A DNA stretch of 63,974 nt, filler included, from Candidatus Woesearchaeota archaeon (GCA_023266675.1; 7 parts of 7 records of this genome joined end to end with filler, not necessarily neighbours in it); one strand, 5' to 3'. Shown: positions 35,608 through 47,172, numbered from the whole stretch's first letter. Numbers and translations: made by a program. The notes: a model not told the origin generated them from the sequence alone.

Positions 35608-36318
35608 ATGGAGACGATTTTAGAAAAACTGAAGAATTCAGGGCTTACAGGAAATGAATCAAAAGTCTATTACGAATTATTGTCAAAAGGCGAATTATCT
35701 GCAAATGATATAGCAAAAAACACATCAATTGACAGAACATTATCATATAATCTTTTAAAGAATCTTGCAGAGAAAGGGCTTGTAAGCCATATTACAAAAG
35801 AGAACAAGAAATATTTCAAGGCATCAGATCCAAGCAATCTATTGAACAGCATAAAGGAAAAAGAGGCGTATGTAACTGATATAATAGCGACACTCAAAAA
35901 AATAGAAAAAATAAATAAATCAGAAAATGAAGTGAATGTTTATGAGGGAAGAAAAGCGATAAAAACATTTTTCTCTGAATTTAGAAAATATAAGAATGCT
36001 TGCTCTTTTGGAGCCACTGGAAAAGCGTATAATGCACTTTATGAATCTCCACATCTAGCAAAAGAATTTCAAAAATTAGGTATAACCTTAAGGATAATAA
36101 CAAATTTGGAATATAAGAATCATCCAATGACTAGCATAAGAAATATTGAAACAAAATACTTGGATTTGAAAAGTAATGCAACAACAACTATTTTTAAGGA
36201 TAAGATATCAATACATCTCATGATTCAAAACCCAATGATTATAATTATAAAAAGTCGTGAGATTGCAGAAAGTTATCAAAATTATTTTGAAGTATTATGG
36301 AATGCGGCAAAGAAATAA
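35608..36318 (+). CDS. TrmB-family transcriptional regulator
   Basis: GLTGNESKVY..LSANDIAK..YNLLKNLAEKGLV HTH; YFEVLW C-terminus. Confidence 0.9.
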   Translation: METILEKLKNSGLTGNESKVYYELLSKGELSANDIAKNTSIDRTLSYNLLKNLAEKGLVSHITKENKKYFKASDPSNLLNSIKEKEAYVTDIIATLKKIEKINKSENEVNVYEGRKAIKTFFSEFRKYKNACSFGATGKAYNALYESPHLAKEFQKLGITLRIITNLEYKNHPMTSIRNIETKYLDLKSNATTTIFKDKISIHLMIQNPMIIIIKSREIAESYQNYFEVLWNAAKK

Positions 36319-36343
36319 ATTTCTAAAGTATACAAAACGTAAA

Positions 36344-36802
36344 TTAAGCTGATTCTATTTTCTTGTAGATAGTATAAAGTATGCATGCTATCAGGTAATT
36401 CCATAATAATACAATGAATACGCTTAGTAGTGTTAGTAATATTGAGAATGATATGTCTGATACTTGTATCTGATTTTTAAAAATAAGTATTGGAAAATTT
36501 ATTATAAAGCCAAACTGCACAAACCCTTCCGCAAAGAGGTTGTACTCGCTTAATGGCTTAAAGAAAACAATGTTATATACAAGCATTGAGATGTAAATCA
36601 GGACAGTTAACATAACTTTTGGATTATTAATAAGTAAAAACCTTTTTACTTTTTTAAAAAAATGCTTGTTTTCCTCAATTGTTTCAATGCAGTTGTCGCA
36701 GTATATGTCGGTACCTATCAGCTTATGAGGTATGTATATTGGTTTTTGATGAGGGTCAAAAACTTCAACTATCTTGTGGCATCTTGCGCATCTAAGCGGC
36801 AT
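36344..36802 (-). CDS. Hypothetical membrane protein with N-terminal CxxC..CxxC
   Basis: CARC/CDNC followed by three TM segments. Confidence 0.65.
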   Translation of the reverse strand: MPLRCARCHKIVEVFDPHQKPIYIPHKLIGTDIYCDNCIETIEENKHFFKKVKRFLLINNPKVMLTVLIYISMLVYNIVFFKPLSEYNLFAEGFVQFGFIINFPILIFKNQIQVSDISFSILLTLLSVFIVLLWNYLIACILYTIYKKIESA

Positions 36803-36975
36803 AAATTAGACATGGTTAAGTTATGTTTAAATATTTTCGCATGAAAAGACGCTATTGAATAATGATGATAATTAAAAGGATAGTTACGAGAATATTTATT
36901 GTAAAAAATAATGTATCTACTTTTTAATAGTATATAAACAAAAAGGTTTATAAATTTTAAGTTAATTCTTATTAT

Positions 36976-38385
36976 ATGGATTCAGTAGAAGCAATTACTC
37001 CTATCGATGGGAGATATAGAAGAGTTACAGAACCTTTAGCAGAAAAATTTAGTGAAAAAGGATTAATCGGATACAGGCTACGCGTTGAAGGGGAATATTT
37101 GATAGCATTATCAAGACATCCAGAAATTGGCGTCAGGGATTTTTCTGACCAAGAAATAAATTTGATTAGAGGTCTTTACAATATTTCTACTGAAGATGCT
37201 AAAATTGTTAAAGTAATTGAAGTAAGAGGACATGGCAACATAAAGGCTACAAATCATGATGTAAAAGCTGTAGAATATTTTATGAAAGAAAAATTAATGG
37301 GAACTTCACTTGAAGATTCTCTTGAATGGGTACACTTTGCACTTACATCAGAAGATACAAATAATTTGGCATACGGACTAATGCTTTCTGAAGGAATAGG
37401 ACAAATAGTTTTGCCTGCGGCACAGAAATTATATGAAACAATTGATGACTTAGCAGTTAAGCATAGCGATGTGCCAATGCTTGCAAGAACTCACGGTCAA
37501 CCAGCGTCTCCGACAACATTTGGAAAAGAGTTTAAAGTTTTTGCTTCAAGAATGCAAAGACAGTTAGCTCAAGCGGCAGGATATGAAATTCTTGTAAAAC
37601 TAAATGGAGCAACCGGAAATTATAATGCTCATCATGTTGCTTATCCAAATGTAGACTGGATGAATTTTACAAAAAATTTTATTGAAGAATTAAATAAAGG
37701 TATACCATTAAAATTAAAACCGAATATGTTTACTACTCAAATTGAGCCGCATGACACTTATGCAGAATTATTTCAAAATATTATGAGATTAAATACCATT
37801 GTTGTTGATTTTAACCAGGATATGTGGAGATATATCAGTGATGATTGGATAAAGCAAAAACCTGTTGAAGGAGAAGTCGGCTCATCAACAATGCCTCATA
37901 AGGTAAACCCAATAGATTTTGAAAACAGCGAAGGAAATTTGGGAATAGCAAATGTACTTCTTGGTTATTTCTCGGCAAAACTGCCAAATTCAAGACTTCA
38001 GCGGGATTTGTCAGACTCAACAGTTGAAAGAAATTTTGGTACAGCTTTTGCGCACAGTTTAATTGGATATAACTCAACATTAAAAGGACTAAACAAAAGC
38101 ACTGTAAATGAACTAAGAGTGATAGAAGCGATTGAAAATCATCCTGAAATCATATCAGAAGCGATTCAGACAATTCTAAGAAGAGAAGGAGCAGAAATGC
38201 CATATGAACAATTGAGTAAGCTCACTAGAGGAAGAAAAGTTACAATGGAGGATTTTGGAATATTTATTGATGGTTTGGATGTTTCTGAGTCAGTTAGAAA
38301 AGAATTAAAACAAATTACGCCAGAAAACTATACTGGAATTGCAAAGCTTCTGGCAAAGATAAGTTCTAAACAAAATAAAAATTAA
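36976..38385 (+). CDS. purB: Adenylosuccinate lyase (E. coli-type)
   Basis: TNHDVKAVEY, RTHGQPASPT, GSSTMPHKVNPIDFENSEGN. Confidence 0.97.
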   Translation: MDSVEAITPIDGRYRRVTEPLAEKFSEKGLIGYRLRVEGEYLIALSRHPEIGVRDFSDQEINLIRGLYNISTEDAKIVKVIEVRGHGNIKATNHDVKAVEYFMKEKLMGTSLEDSLEWVHFALTSEDTNNLAYGLMLSEGIGQIVLPAAQKLYETIDDLAVKHSDVPMLARTHGQPASPTTFGKEFKVFASRMQRQLAQAAGYEILVKLNGATGNYNAHHVAYPNVDWMNFTKNFIEELNKGIPLKLKPNMFTTQIEPHDTYAELFQNIMRLNTIVVDFNQDMWRYISDDWIKQKPVEGEVGSSTMPHKVNPIDFENSEGNLGIANVLLGYFSAKLPNSRLQRDLSDSTVERNFGTAFAHSLIGYNSTLKGLNKSTVNELRVIEAIENHPEIISEAIQTILRREGAEMPYEQLSKLTRGRKVTMEDFGIFIDGLDVSESVRKELKQITPENYTGIAKLLAKISSKQNKN

Positions 38386-38392
38386 TTTTATT

Positions 38393-38756
38393 TCATCGTT
38401 CTATTATTCCATAAGGAGCCAAGGCTTCAATAATTTCTGTTCTTGGATCTTTTATTTCAGGAACTGGCTGTCCTGTGATTCTTTCAGCGAGTGTAATATA
38501 AAGGTTGCTTGTCTTTATGAATACTTCGTCTGGAACTCTAAATGTTTTTGCAAGCTCAAATCTTTCATCCATTCTGTTTTTATTAAGCAATACATCCCTG
38601 TCAGGAACACTTTTTAAAAGCTCTTCTCTGAAATATTCTTTTGATTCTTCAACTGTTCTTCCTTTTTGGTATTCTGCTTTATTCCAGTATCTTGATGAAT
38701 CCGGAGTTCCAACTTCATCCATATATATCATGCTAAAGCTTCCATCTGGATTTTTT
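38393..38756 (-). CDS. purC: SAICAR synthetase, 5'-truncated
   Basis: DEVGTPDSSRYW..SKEYFRE..Y..LAERITG. Confidence 0.9.
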
Positions 38757-38856
38757 NNNNNNNNNNNNNNNNNNNNNNNNNNNNNNNNNNNNNNNNNNNN
38801 TTAATTAATTAANNNNNNNNNNNNNNNNNNNNNNNNNNNNNNNNNNNNNNNNNNNN
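38757..38856. other. Artificial contig linker
   Basis: N-run + TTAATTAATTAA + N-run. Confidence 0.99.
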
Positions 38857-39085
38857 ATTCAGTAGTTAGTATGTCTTCTTCAAATGCTTTTTTTATGCAT
38901 TTAATTAATGTTAATACTCAAAACTTAGCTGATAAAATATTAAAAGCTAAAACATTAATTTAAATTTAATATTTATCAATTTCTTATTTTTAATTTCGTT
39001 CTGATAATATTATAATTGCAAAACTTATTATTATATGTCTCTACAATACAAAGCATTTTTAAAACAATTATCAATCCTAAAATAA

Positions 39086-40978
39086 ATGATAAGCGAGGAT
39101 AAGCGTAAAGAGCTTCTTTTTCCGTATGAATCTGTTCGTGATTCGCAGAATCGGCTTTTACTAAAGATTGATTGGATAATAAAAAACAAGAAAAATCTTG
39201 TAGTTCACGCGCCAACGGGCCTTGGCAAAACCGCAGCATCTTTGGGTCCAGCATTAGCATATGCAATTGCAAACGATAAAACCGTGTTTTTTCTAACTTC
39301 ACGACACACTCAGCATAAGATTGCAATTGACACTTTAAAACTTATTAAGCAAAAATATAATCTTGAGTTTGATGTAGTTGATATAATAGGCAGAAAAGCA
39401 ATGTGTCTTGTTCCTGGAATCGAATCTCTTTATTCTCAGGAATTTACTGAGTACTGTAAAAATGTTAGAGAAGATGAGAAATGCGAGTTTTATACAAATG
39501 CGCGCTCAAAATCAAAAATAACCGTGAAATCAAAAGATGCAATAAGCAGACTAAAAAATCTTATGCCGATGCACGCAGAGGATTTATACTCATTTTGTTC
39601 TGATGAACGCCTCTGTCCATATGAAATCTCAATGATGCTTGCAAAGAAGGCAAAAGTCGTAGTCGGTGACTATTATTATATATTCCACCCGACAATCAAG
39701 GAAACATTCTTCTCAAAAGCGGAAAAAGTCATCGAAGACTGCATAATCATAATTGACGAGGGACACAATCTTCCGTCAAGAGTCAAAGATTTGGCGTCAC
39801 AGAAGCTTACAAACGTCATATTAAAAAGAGCAGTTACAGAAGCAAAGAAATACCAGCTTGAAGTGTTATCTGAATATGCTGAGAAAATACATCTTATCTT
39901 CTTGAATTATTCAAAATTATTAACAAGACAAAATACTGAAATATTAATATCCAAAGATGATTTTGTAAAAAAAATAAATGAATTCACTGACTATGATATC
40001 TTGATTTCACAGTTTGAACTTGCAGCAATAAACATTCGCGAAGAGCAAAAACAATCATATCTTGGAAGCATCTCGGCGTTTCTTGAAAGCTGGCAGGGAG
40101 GAGATGAAGGGTTTGTAAGGATATTCTCAAGCAAAGAATCCAGAAAAGAGGACATATTAACTCTTTCTTATAGGTGTCTTGACCCTTCATTAATCACTGG
40201 AAATATTATCAACCAGTCTCACTCAACAATCTTGATGTCTGGAACGCTCACACCAACTGATATGTACACTGAGCTTTTGGGAATCAAGGATGCAGACGAA
40301 GAAGTTTTTGATTCTCCATTTCCAATTGAGAACAAGCTTAACATGATAGTGCCTGGTGTTTCAACAAAATTCACGCAGCGTAGCGAAGCCGAATTTAAGA
40401 AGATTGCAGAGAATTGCGCAAAAATTGTGAATGCAATTCCAGGAAACACCGCAATATTTTTCCCAAGCTACTCAATGTTGTCAATTGTTTCAAAAACTTT
40501 TGACACGCTTTCAGAAAAGACAGTAATAAAGGAATCACCAGGTCTTTCAAAATACGATAAAGCAGAGATACTCGAAAAATTCAAGGAATACAAAAATGTC
40601 GGAGCAGCACTTCTTGGTGTAATCTCAGGCTCATTTGGTGAGGGGATAGACCTTCCAGGCGACTTCTTGAAATGCGTTGTAATCGTCGGACTCCCATTAT
40701 CGTCTCCAGACCTTGAAACAAAATCATTGATAGAATATTACGACAGGAAGTTTCATAAAGGATGGGAATACGGATATAATGCGCCAGCATTCAACAAGGC
40801 GTTTCAATGCGCAGGACGCTGTATACGAAGTGAAACTGACAAAGGAATTGTAATTTTTCTTGACGAGAGATACAAATGGGGCAATTATTTCAAATATTTT
40901 CCAAAAGATTGGAACATGCAGGTAACACTTAATCCTGAGGAGAAAATAAATGAATTTTATGAAAATAACAATTCTTAA
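39086..40978 (+). CDS. xpd: XPD/Rad3-family Fe-S DNA helicase
   Basis: APTGLGKT, four Fe-S Cys, DEGHN, SGTL, GEGID, QCAGRCIR. Confidence 0.93.
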   Translation: MISEDKRKELLFPYESVRDSQNRLLLKIDWIIKNKKNLVVHAPTGLGKTAASLGPALAYAIANDKTVFFLTSRHTQHKIAIDTLKLIKQKYNLEFDVVDIIGRKAMCLVPGIESLYSQEFTEYCKNVREDEKCEFYTNARSKSKITVKSKDAISRLKNLMPMHAEDLYSFCSDERLCPYEISMMLAKKAKVVVGDYYYIFHPTIKETFFSKAEKVIEDCIIIIDEGHNLPSRVKDLASQKLTNVILKRAVTEAKKYQLEVLSEYAEKIHLIFLNYSKLLTRQNTEILISKDDFVKKINEFTDYDILISQFELAAINIREEQKQSYLGSISAFLESWQGGDEGFVRIFSSKESRKEDILTLSYRCLDPSLITGNIINQSHSTILMSGTLTPTDMYTELLGIKDADEEVFDSPFPIENKLNMIVPGVSTKFTQRSEAEFKKIAENCAKIVNAIPGNTAIFFPSYSMLSIVSKTFDTLSEKTVIKESPGLSKYDKAEILEKFKEYKNVGAALLGVISGSFGEGIDLPGDFLKCVVIVGLPLSSPDLETKSLIEYYDRKFHKGWEYGYNAPAFNKAFQCAGRCIRSETDKGIVIFLDERYKWGNYFKYFPKDWNMQVTLNPEEKINEFYENNNS

Positions 40979-41109
40979 TCAATTTTAAACTTAGTCAATA
41001 TACATAAATCACAATTAACGTTTTTTTCTACATTCTCTAAATTAGTATACTAAATCATAACATTTATATATTAAAAAAACCTCTTTAATATATTTTAGGG
41101 GGGATTAGT

Positions 41110-41532
41110 ATGGTAATACTGTTTGATCAGTTTAATATGCCTGATGATATATATGAAGTAATCTTTGCTACCGAGCAGCAGGTTATTGTCGCTAGGCTTT
41201 TAATTGAAGAGATGAAAATCAAGGAAAATGAAATTGGAAAGACCGAGATGTCACTCTTTGCAATGGGTCTTCATGACGGAAGAATAATTGAATACGTTGA
41301 CAAGTCAGGGCCTGTTCCTATAAAAAAGAAGATAAAAATATCATACAATAAAAGACAGTTTTATGATAGGATTCTAACTCCGTTAAAATCAATGGGAATC
41401 ATTGACTACGACCTGTACAAGAAAACTTATAAAATTTCTGACAAATTCAACAAGAACATGATGAGAATTGGCCTATTATGGGTTCAGGAATTAAGAAAGC
41501 CTCCGTTATCGCACATGATAACAAAGCAATAA
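41110..41532 (+). CDS. Hypothetical protein, possible winged helix
   Basis: FYDRILTPLKSMGIIDYD..TYKIS pattern; G-rich SD. Confidence 0.7.
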   Translation: MVILFDQFNMPDDIYEVIFATEQQVIVARLLIEEMKIKENEIGKTEMSLFAMGLHDGRIIEYVDKSGPVPIKKKIKISYNKRQFYDRILTPLKSMGIIDYDLYKKTYKISDKFNKNMMRIGLLWVQELRKPPLSHMITKQ

Positions 41533-41562
41533 TTTTTTTTAATATTTTTTTATAATACTTAT

Positions 41563-42786
41563 TCAAAACTTTCTATGTTTACTCTTTTTTCTTTTTATTA
41601 ATATTATCATTACAAGAATTCCTATTATTATAATTATTAATGCGTACCATACATACATATTATTTTTACTCGTAGCTGTTACTTCTGCAAAATTCACATT
41701 TATAACTGACGCTTTTTGTGTTGTAAGCTTGTTGTTGAAATACACTTTTCCATTGACAAAATATTGGCCGGCGTCTGTAGGTCTAAAAAATGTTTGTAGA
41801 GATACAATCTCTCCTGGCGCAGCGTCAATTGAATCTGTATCAATTATCTTTACAACTTTATTATTGAATAATATCTCTCCTTTTAATTTTGCAGAAACCG
41901 TTCTTTGCCCATCATTTCTAAACACTCCTGTTATCGGTATAATTTCATCAACTAGTGCCCACGGTTTGTTTTCGATTCTGATAAGCTCGCCTTTATCACT
42001 GATACCACCTTTTTCTACAACATTAAAAGTTTGCGTGTTTCCACTATTACATTCAGGAATCTTAATCTCTGCCCAGTATTGATCTTCATTTAGGTTCGTA
42101 GTTAATTCTTTTATCATATCAATAGTGTCTGTAGGCAGTATGCTGTCTGATTGTAAAACTCCTGAATATACTATCTGTGTCTGGTATTTATCCCATACAT
42201 TCACAAAAATTTGAGGCGTTATTCTGACATTTCCTTCATTTTTTATGCTTGAAGTTATTGAAAGAGGATAACCCTTTTCTATGTCAGAAACACTTATTCC
42301 TCCTCCTGAACATTGCCTGATTTCTGTTCCGGTTACTTCAACAGCAATGTTTACCATAAAAGCTGCCTTTACAGAACTTCCAATGCCTGTTTCAGGGTCT
42401 ACAAGTTTATCAGTAATAATCCTTAATGCACCAGAATAATTTCCGTTTGCAGTATCAAGCGGCGGTTCAATTATCACTTTTATAAGCCGCGGGGAATTTC
42501 TGCTGACTGTAACATAGGATAGATTATTTTCTACTCTTAACCAATTTTTGATATCTCCATCAACTTCAAAAAACATACTCAAATTTTGGGTTGTGTCCGT
42601 GCTCAAATAAACATTATTCTGAGAATAACCTCCTTTTAAAACATTACTGAATACCAACTGTGAAGGGCTTACTCCAAGACCTATGGCATTCACATTTATT
42701 GAAAAAATTATTAATATAAGGGGTATCAAAATTATCTTGTCTATTTTATTATTCATTTTCGTGTTATAACCAGCAAATTCAGCCAC
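41563..42786 (-). CDS. Secreted Ig-like-domain protein with C-terminal TM anchor
   Basis: Signal peptide ending AIGLGVSP, NEGNV motif, C-terminal TM + basic tail. Confidence 0.75.
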   Translation of the reverse strand: MAEFAGYNTKMNNKIDKIILIPLILIIFSINVNAIGLGVSPSQLVFSNVLKGGYSQNNVYLSTDTTQNLSMFFEVDGDIKNWLRVENNLSYVTVSRNSPRLIKVIIEPPLDTANGNYSGALRIITDKLVDPETGIGSSVKAAFMVNIAVEVTGTEIRQCSGGGISVSDIEKGYPLSITSSIKNEGNVRITPQIFVNVWDKYQTQIVYSGVLQSDSILPTDTIDMIKELTTNLNEDQYWAEIKIPECNSGNTQTFNVVEKGGISDKGELIRIENKPWALVDEIIPITGVFRNDGQRTVSAKLKGEILFNNKVVKIIDTDSIDAAPGEIVSLQTFFRPTDAGQYFVNGKVYFNNKLTTQKASVINVNFAEVTATSKNNMYVWYALIIIIIGILVMIILIKRKKSKHRKF

Positions 42787-42933
42787 TTCTAACTTAAATG
42801 TTAATGTAGTTTAAAAAAATTGCTATTTTGTTATATTATTCGTTTATTTCTTTTCACAAAGAATATATACTAGTTTTAACAATAGTATTATCTATTGCTT
42901 TTTATTGTTTAGTATAACTACGCTGGAGGAATC

Positions 42934-43560
42934 ATGGGTAAACAAATAAAAGAAAAAAATCTGCTTAAACTGAAAATCAATTTTGAAGGTTTTAAGCTTG
43001 AAGTTATCTCAAGCGACCCAAATAAGACTTTGTCTGAACTTAATAATCTTATAAAATCAAAGAAAGAACTAATGGATTCAATAATCTTTTCAAGGGAAAC
43101 TCTTGATTATCCTGATGGTGTTGACGGAAATGACTTCGGATTTGATGTTGACATTAGGCAATTCACTAAAGAGCTTGCATCAAATAAGAAATCTGTGGAT
43201 ATTATAAGGGAGCTGTCCTTAAGAAACAAGAGTTTTATCTACAGGTCTGAACGTGTTGACTTAAAGAAAGAATTAGACTTTACAAATAACCGTTTTACAG
43301 TAATTATTGATAAGAAAGAGATAAGCATACTTATCAAAAAGCTCCTGTTTGACATAAATCTGTCTAAACTAAAACATGTTTTTATTCATGTAATCTCTGA
43401 CAATTTCAATAAGGAGCATCAGGAAATGTTTCTGGATGAACTTAAGAAAAAAGCCAGTTTTGCAGATACAACTTTTCTATTTACTCCTAAAAAGCTTAAT
43501 GGGGTTGTTTTTGCTGAAACATTGTTTTTCGGGGATTTTCCTCCGCAATATGAAGACTAG
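42934..43560 (+). CDS. Hypothetical protein
   Basis: 208-aa ORF with GGAGG SD. Confidence 0.7.
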   Translation: MGKQIKEKNLLKLKINFEGFKLEVISSDPNKTLSELNNLIKSKKELMDSIIFSRETLDYPDGVDGNDFGFDVDIRQFTKELASNKKSVDIIRELSLRNKSFIYRSERVDLKKELDFTNNRFTVIIDKKEISILIKKLLFDINLSKLKHVFIHVISDNFNKEHQEMFLDELKKKASFADTTFLFTPKKLNGVVFAETLFFGDFPPQYED

Positions 43561-43631
43561 CGATAACTTTACTATCTATAAGTGATAACAAAACCAAAAG
43601 GTTTAAATAGCCAGGAACCTTACTATCTTCT

Positions 43632-44231
43632 ATGTCGGGAAACAACTTATTTGAAAAGATAGTAAACAGGTTAGACAACTCAATAATTTTCATTATTGAA
43701 CGCTTCAAATACTTTGCAATAATTCTATTAATACTTCTTATTGGCTTTGCAGGAGGAGTTTTTGCAAACATCACTTATGATACTCCTCAAAAACAGCTTA
43801 CAATAGGAGAAAGCAACATAACTGAAATGTTAAGTTTATTATCTTTAAACACTGTTTCAGATGAAAAACCATCACCTCTTGAGAGAGTAAAGGAAGACCA
43901 GATTCACGTTTATAAGGACAGAATAATAATTGACTTAAAAGATGCAGAGTGGGCAACATTTACAGATACAAATTCAATGGACCCTGTAATCGATTCAGGT
44001 TCATATGCAATAGAAATTGTTCCATCAACACCTGATGACATCACGGTTGGTGATATCATAAGTTACAAATCAGATTACGCTAGCGGAATAATAATACACC
44101 GTGTTTTAGAAATTGGAAAAGATGCAGACGGATGGTACTGCAAAACAAAAGGAGACAACAACAAAGATGTAGACCCAGGAAGAATAAGATTCTCCCAGAT
44201 AAAGAGAGTCGTTGTCGGGATAATATACTAA
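43632..44231 (+). CDS. Signal peptidase I-like protein (Ser-His type)
   Basis: TNSMDP, GDIISY, IIHRV, TKGDNN. Confidence 0.85.
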   Translation: MSGNNLFEKIVNRLDNSIIFIIERFKYFAIILLILLIGFAGGVFANITYDTPQKQLTIGESNITEMLSLLSLNTVSDEKPSPLERVKEDQIHVYKDRIIIDLKDAEWATFTDTNSMDPVIDSGSYAIEIVPSTPDDITVGDIISYKSDYASGIIIHRVLEIGKDADGWYCKTKGDNNKDVDPGRIRFSQIKRVVVGIIY

Positions 44232-44367
44232 TAATTAGTAAAAGACAAAAATAACACATAAAATTGTTTTGTCTTTTATATTTAGTTAGCGAAACTATCT
44301 ATTTGAAACTATTGTTGATAACTAAATATTAAAAAGATTTTTAAATAACCTTTTTTCTAGTTTATTT

Positions 44368-45246
44368 ATGGACGCAGAAATTCAGCAAAAATACCTTACT
44401 GCAGGCAAAATAGCTGCAGAGGCGCGTGAGTTTGGAAAACAAAAGATAATAGTCGGCGCTTCAGTTCTTAAAGTCAGCGACGAAATTGAGGATAAAATAA
44501 AAGAGCTTGGCGGAGGCCTTGCGTTTCCTGTACAGATTTCTTTTAATAATACAGCTGCGCATACATGCGCAGAGCCTGATGACGATACGGTCTTTAAGCA
44601 AGGGGATTTGATAAAGCTTGACCTTGGTGTGCACATCGAGGGATACGTTGCTGATACAGCAGTTACAGTTGACTTAGGCGACAACAACAATCTTGTTATG
44701 GCGTCACGTAACGCACTTGAAGCTGCATTAAAACTGGCAACTCCTGGGAGAAAAGTTTCTGAGATTGGGAAAGTCATTCATGATGAAATCGTAAAAATGG
44801 GGTTTTCACCAGTTAAAAACTTATCAGGCCACGGCGTTGGACGGTTCATAATCCACGGACCTCCATCAATACCTAATTATGAAGCTTATGAAAATGTTGT
44901 CCTAAAAGAGGATATGGTTATTGCAATTGAGCCTTTCGCGTCAAAAGGAATAGGGGCAATTCATGAGACTGACAACGCAAACATTTTCATGGTTGTTAAT
45001 AAAAAGCCTGTGCGAAGCCAGATAACACGTGATGTTTTAAAAGAAATTTCAACTTATCAAGGGCTTCCTTTTACAACACGATGGCTAGTAAAAAAATTTC
45101 CTGCGTTAAAAGTCAGAATGGCTTTAAGGGAATTATTGGATCTAGGGATAATTCACGCATACCCACCTCTTCCAGACAAAGGATTAGTGTCTCAGGCAGA
45201 GCACACAGTCATCGTCAAAGACGTTCCTATTGTGACGACAAGATAA
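44368..45246 (+). CDS. map: Methionine aminopeptidase type II
   Basis: AAH, KLDLGVHIEGYVADTA, NLSGHG, IEPF, SQAEHT. Confidence 0.97.
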   Translation: MDAEIQQKYLTAGKIAAEAREFGKQKIIVGASVLKVSDEIEDKIKELGGGLAFPVQISFNNTAAHTCAEPDDDTVFKQGDLIKLDLGVHIEGYVADTAVTVDLGDNNNLVMASRNALEAALKLATPGRKVSEIGKVIHDEIVKMGFSPVKNLSGHGVGRFIIHGPPSIPNYEAYENVVLKEDMVIAIEPFASKGIGAIHETDNANIFMVVNKKPVRSQITRDVLKEISTYQGLPFTTRWLVKKFPALKVRMALRELLDLGIIHAYPPLPDKGLVSQAEHTVIVKDVPIVTTR

Positions 45247-45272
45247 TAATATCTATATTTATTTGTAATTTA

Positions 45273-46511
45273 TTATTTATGATTCTTTAGAAAGTTTATA
45301 GCATCGTCAATTGGCATTTCTTCTTCTTTTCCTGAAATCATATCTTTGACTTTCACGACTCCGTTATCAATTTCTTTTTGTCCTACAAACAATGCGAATG
45401 GTATTCCAACTGAATTTACATAATCAAGGTTTTTTGAGATTCCGCGAGACATTAAATCAATTTCTGCATTTATTCCCTTATGCCTTATTATCTGGGTAAT
45501 TTTTAGTGATGCTTCAAATGTTTTTATCGGTATAACAAAGACTTTTGTGTTCGTTTTTCTCTCTTCCTTTTGCTGCGTTTTGAAATGCTCAGTAATTGGT
45601 TCAATCCCAAACGATATTCCAACTGCTGGAAGTTCCTTGTTTCCATAAAGTCCAATCATGTTGTCATATCGCCCTCCGCCGCAAATTGATGAAGTTATTT
45701 CTGATTTTTTAAAAAATCCTTCAAAAACAGTTCCTGTGTAGTATGTAAGCCCTCTGGCTAGCGACGGATTGAAAATAACATCTTCGCTTCCAATTAATAA
45801 TAAAAGCTTGTCAATGTTTGATGTGTCAACAATTTTCTTTACTTTTTCTTTGTCTTCAAAAATTTTGACAATTTCGTCACAGTGAGTTATCCCGATTTTT
45901 TTTAGTTCTTTTGCTACTTCATCTCCTCCTATCTTTTTTAACTTATCAATTATTATTATTGCCTCTTCATGCTTGTTTTCAGGCACTTTTGAGTGGCTTA
46001 AAATTGCATGTAGGACTTTTCGGTCATTAATCTCAACATAAGCGTCAATTTCAAGTTTCTTGAAAACTTCAAGCGCTAGGAGTATTAACTCAGCCTCGGC
46101 TTCAATCCCGTTGACACCAACGGTATCTACATCGCACTGGTAGAATTCTCTGTAACGTCCAAGCTTTATTGGACCATCCCTATAAACTTTTCCTATCTCA
46201 TATCTTTTAAATGGTATCTTGACATTAGGATTCTCTGCAACATACCGCGCAAGCGGAACTGTCAAGTCAAACCTTAGTCCAAGATTTCTCTCTCCCTGGT
46301 CTTTGAATTTGAATATCTCTTTAGACGCATCTGACTCTTCTCCTGCAGCAAACTTTGCAGTCAAAACTTCAAGCCGTTCAAATACTGGCGTTTCAAGAGG
46401 CAAAAACCCGTAGCACTCAAACGTTTTTTTAAGTTTCTCAATTACTTCATCTCTCACTATTTTTTCGCTTGGCGAGAAATCTCTTACTCCTTTGGCAGTT
46501 TCAATTGACAT
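45273..46511 (-). CDS. hisS: Histidyl-tRNA synthetase
   Basis: KGVRD, LRFDLTVP, GRYREFYQCD, LARGLTYYTG, GGGRYD. Confidence 0.98.
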   Translation of the reverse strand: MSIETAKGVRDFSPSEKIVRDEVIEKLKKTFECYGFLPLETPVFERLEVLTAKFAAGEESDASKEIFKFKDQGERNLGLRFDLTVPLARYVAENPNVKIPFKRYEIGKVYRDGPIKLGRYREFYQCDVDTVGVNGIEAEAELILLALEVFKKLEIDAYVEINDRKVLHAILSHSKVPENKHEEAIIIIDKLKKIGGDEVAKELKKIGITHCDEIVKIFEDKEKVKKIVDTSNIDKLLLLIGSEDVIFNPSLARGLTYYTGTVFEGFFKKSEITSSICGGGRYDNMIGLYGNKELPAVGISFGIEPITEHFKTQQKEERKTNTKVFVIPIKTFEASLKITQIIRHKGINAEIDLMSRGISKNLDYVNSVGIPFALFVGQKEIDNGVVKVKDMISGKEEEMPIDDAINFLKNHK

Positions 46512-46580
46512 AATCTTAATTTAACTAGGTGCTTTTTAAATATTTTGGAAGAATTCGTGTTAATATTAGGTTTTATCATC

Positions 46581-47066
46581 TTATACAATTCTATTATGTG
46601 CAATATACCTCTCAATTCTTTCTGCATGATTTTTATCAGCACCATTTAATTCTTGAAATATTTTAAATACTCCCGAATAGTCATGTTCAGGAGGTATATT
46701 CATTAATGTTTGATAATGCTTTTCTGCAGCAGACTGCTCTAATCTTAAAGCAATTTCTAAAGCTTCTTTTCGTGATGGAATATTCCTTTGATAGTTTGTT
46801 ATTAAACTCAAAATGTCTCTATTGGTTTTAACTAAATCATCTAAATCGCCAATTGGCCAGTTATTTGGAAAATCTCCTATTTTTAAGAAATCTATCCCAA
46901 CATTAACCAATGAACTATGAGTTATTTCCTCTTCCGCTAGTTGGTTCCAAAAATTATAATCTATTGGGACTTTGTCTGCAAAACACATGTAGAGTCTTCC
47001 AATATTAATTTCAAGAGTCATAGATTCTTCAAGTATGCTCATAATTTCTTTGCTGTTCTCTTGCAT
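46581..47066 (-). CDS. Ferritin-like/rubrerythrin-family protein
   Basis: LE..IGRLY, LAEEEITH, ALRLEQSAAEKHY, DKNHAERI. Confidence 0.8.
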   Translation of the reverse strand: MQENSKEIMSILEESMTLEINIGRLYMCFADKVPIDYNFWNQLAEEEITHSSLVNVGIDFLKIGDFPNNWPIGDLDDLVKTNRDILSLITNYQRNIPSRKEALEIALRLEQSAAEKHYQTLMNIPPEHDYSGVFKIFQELNGADKNHAERIERYIAHNRIV

Positions 47067-47172
47067 GATTTTTAGGAAATTATGTCCCTTTAAAAATTTA
47101 CTCCATTAATTAATATGCAATGCTCTTAACATTATCTTTATATAGAACAACGCTATTAATTAAAAAAAAGAG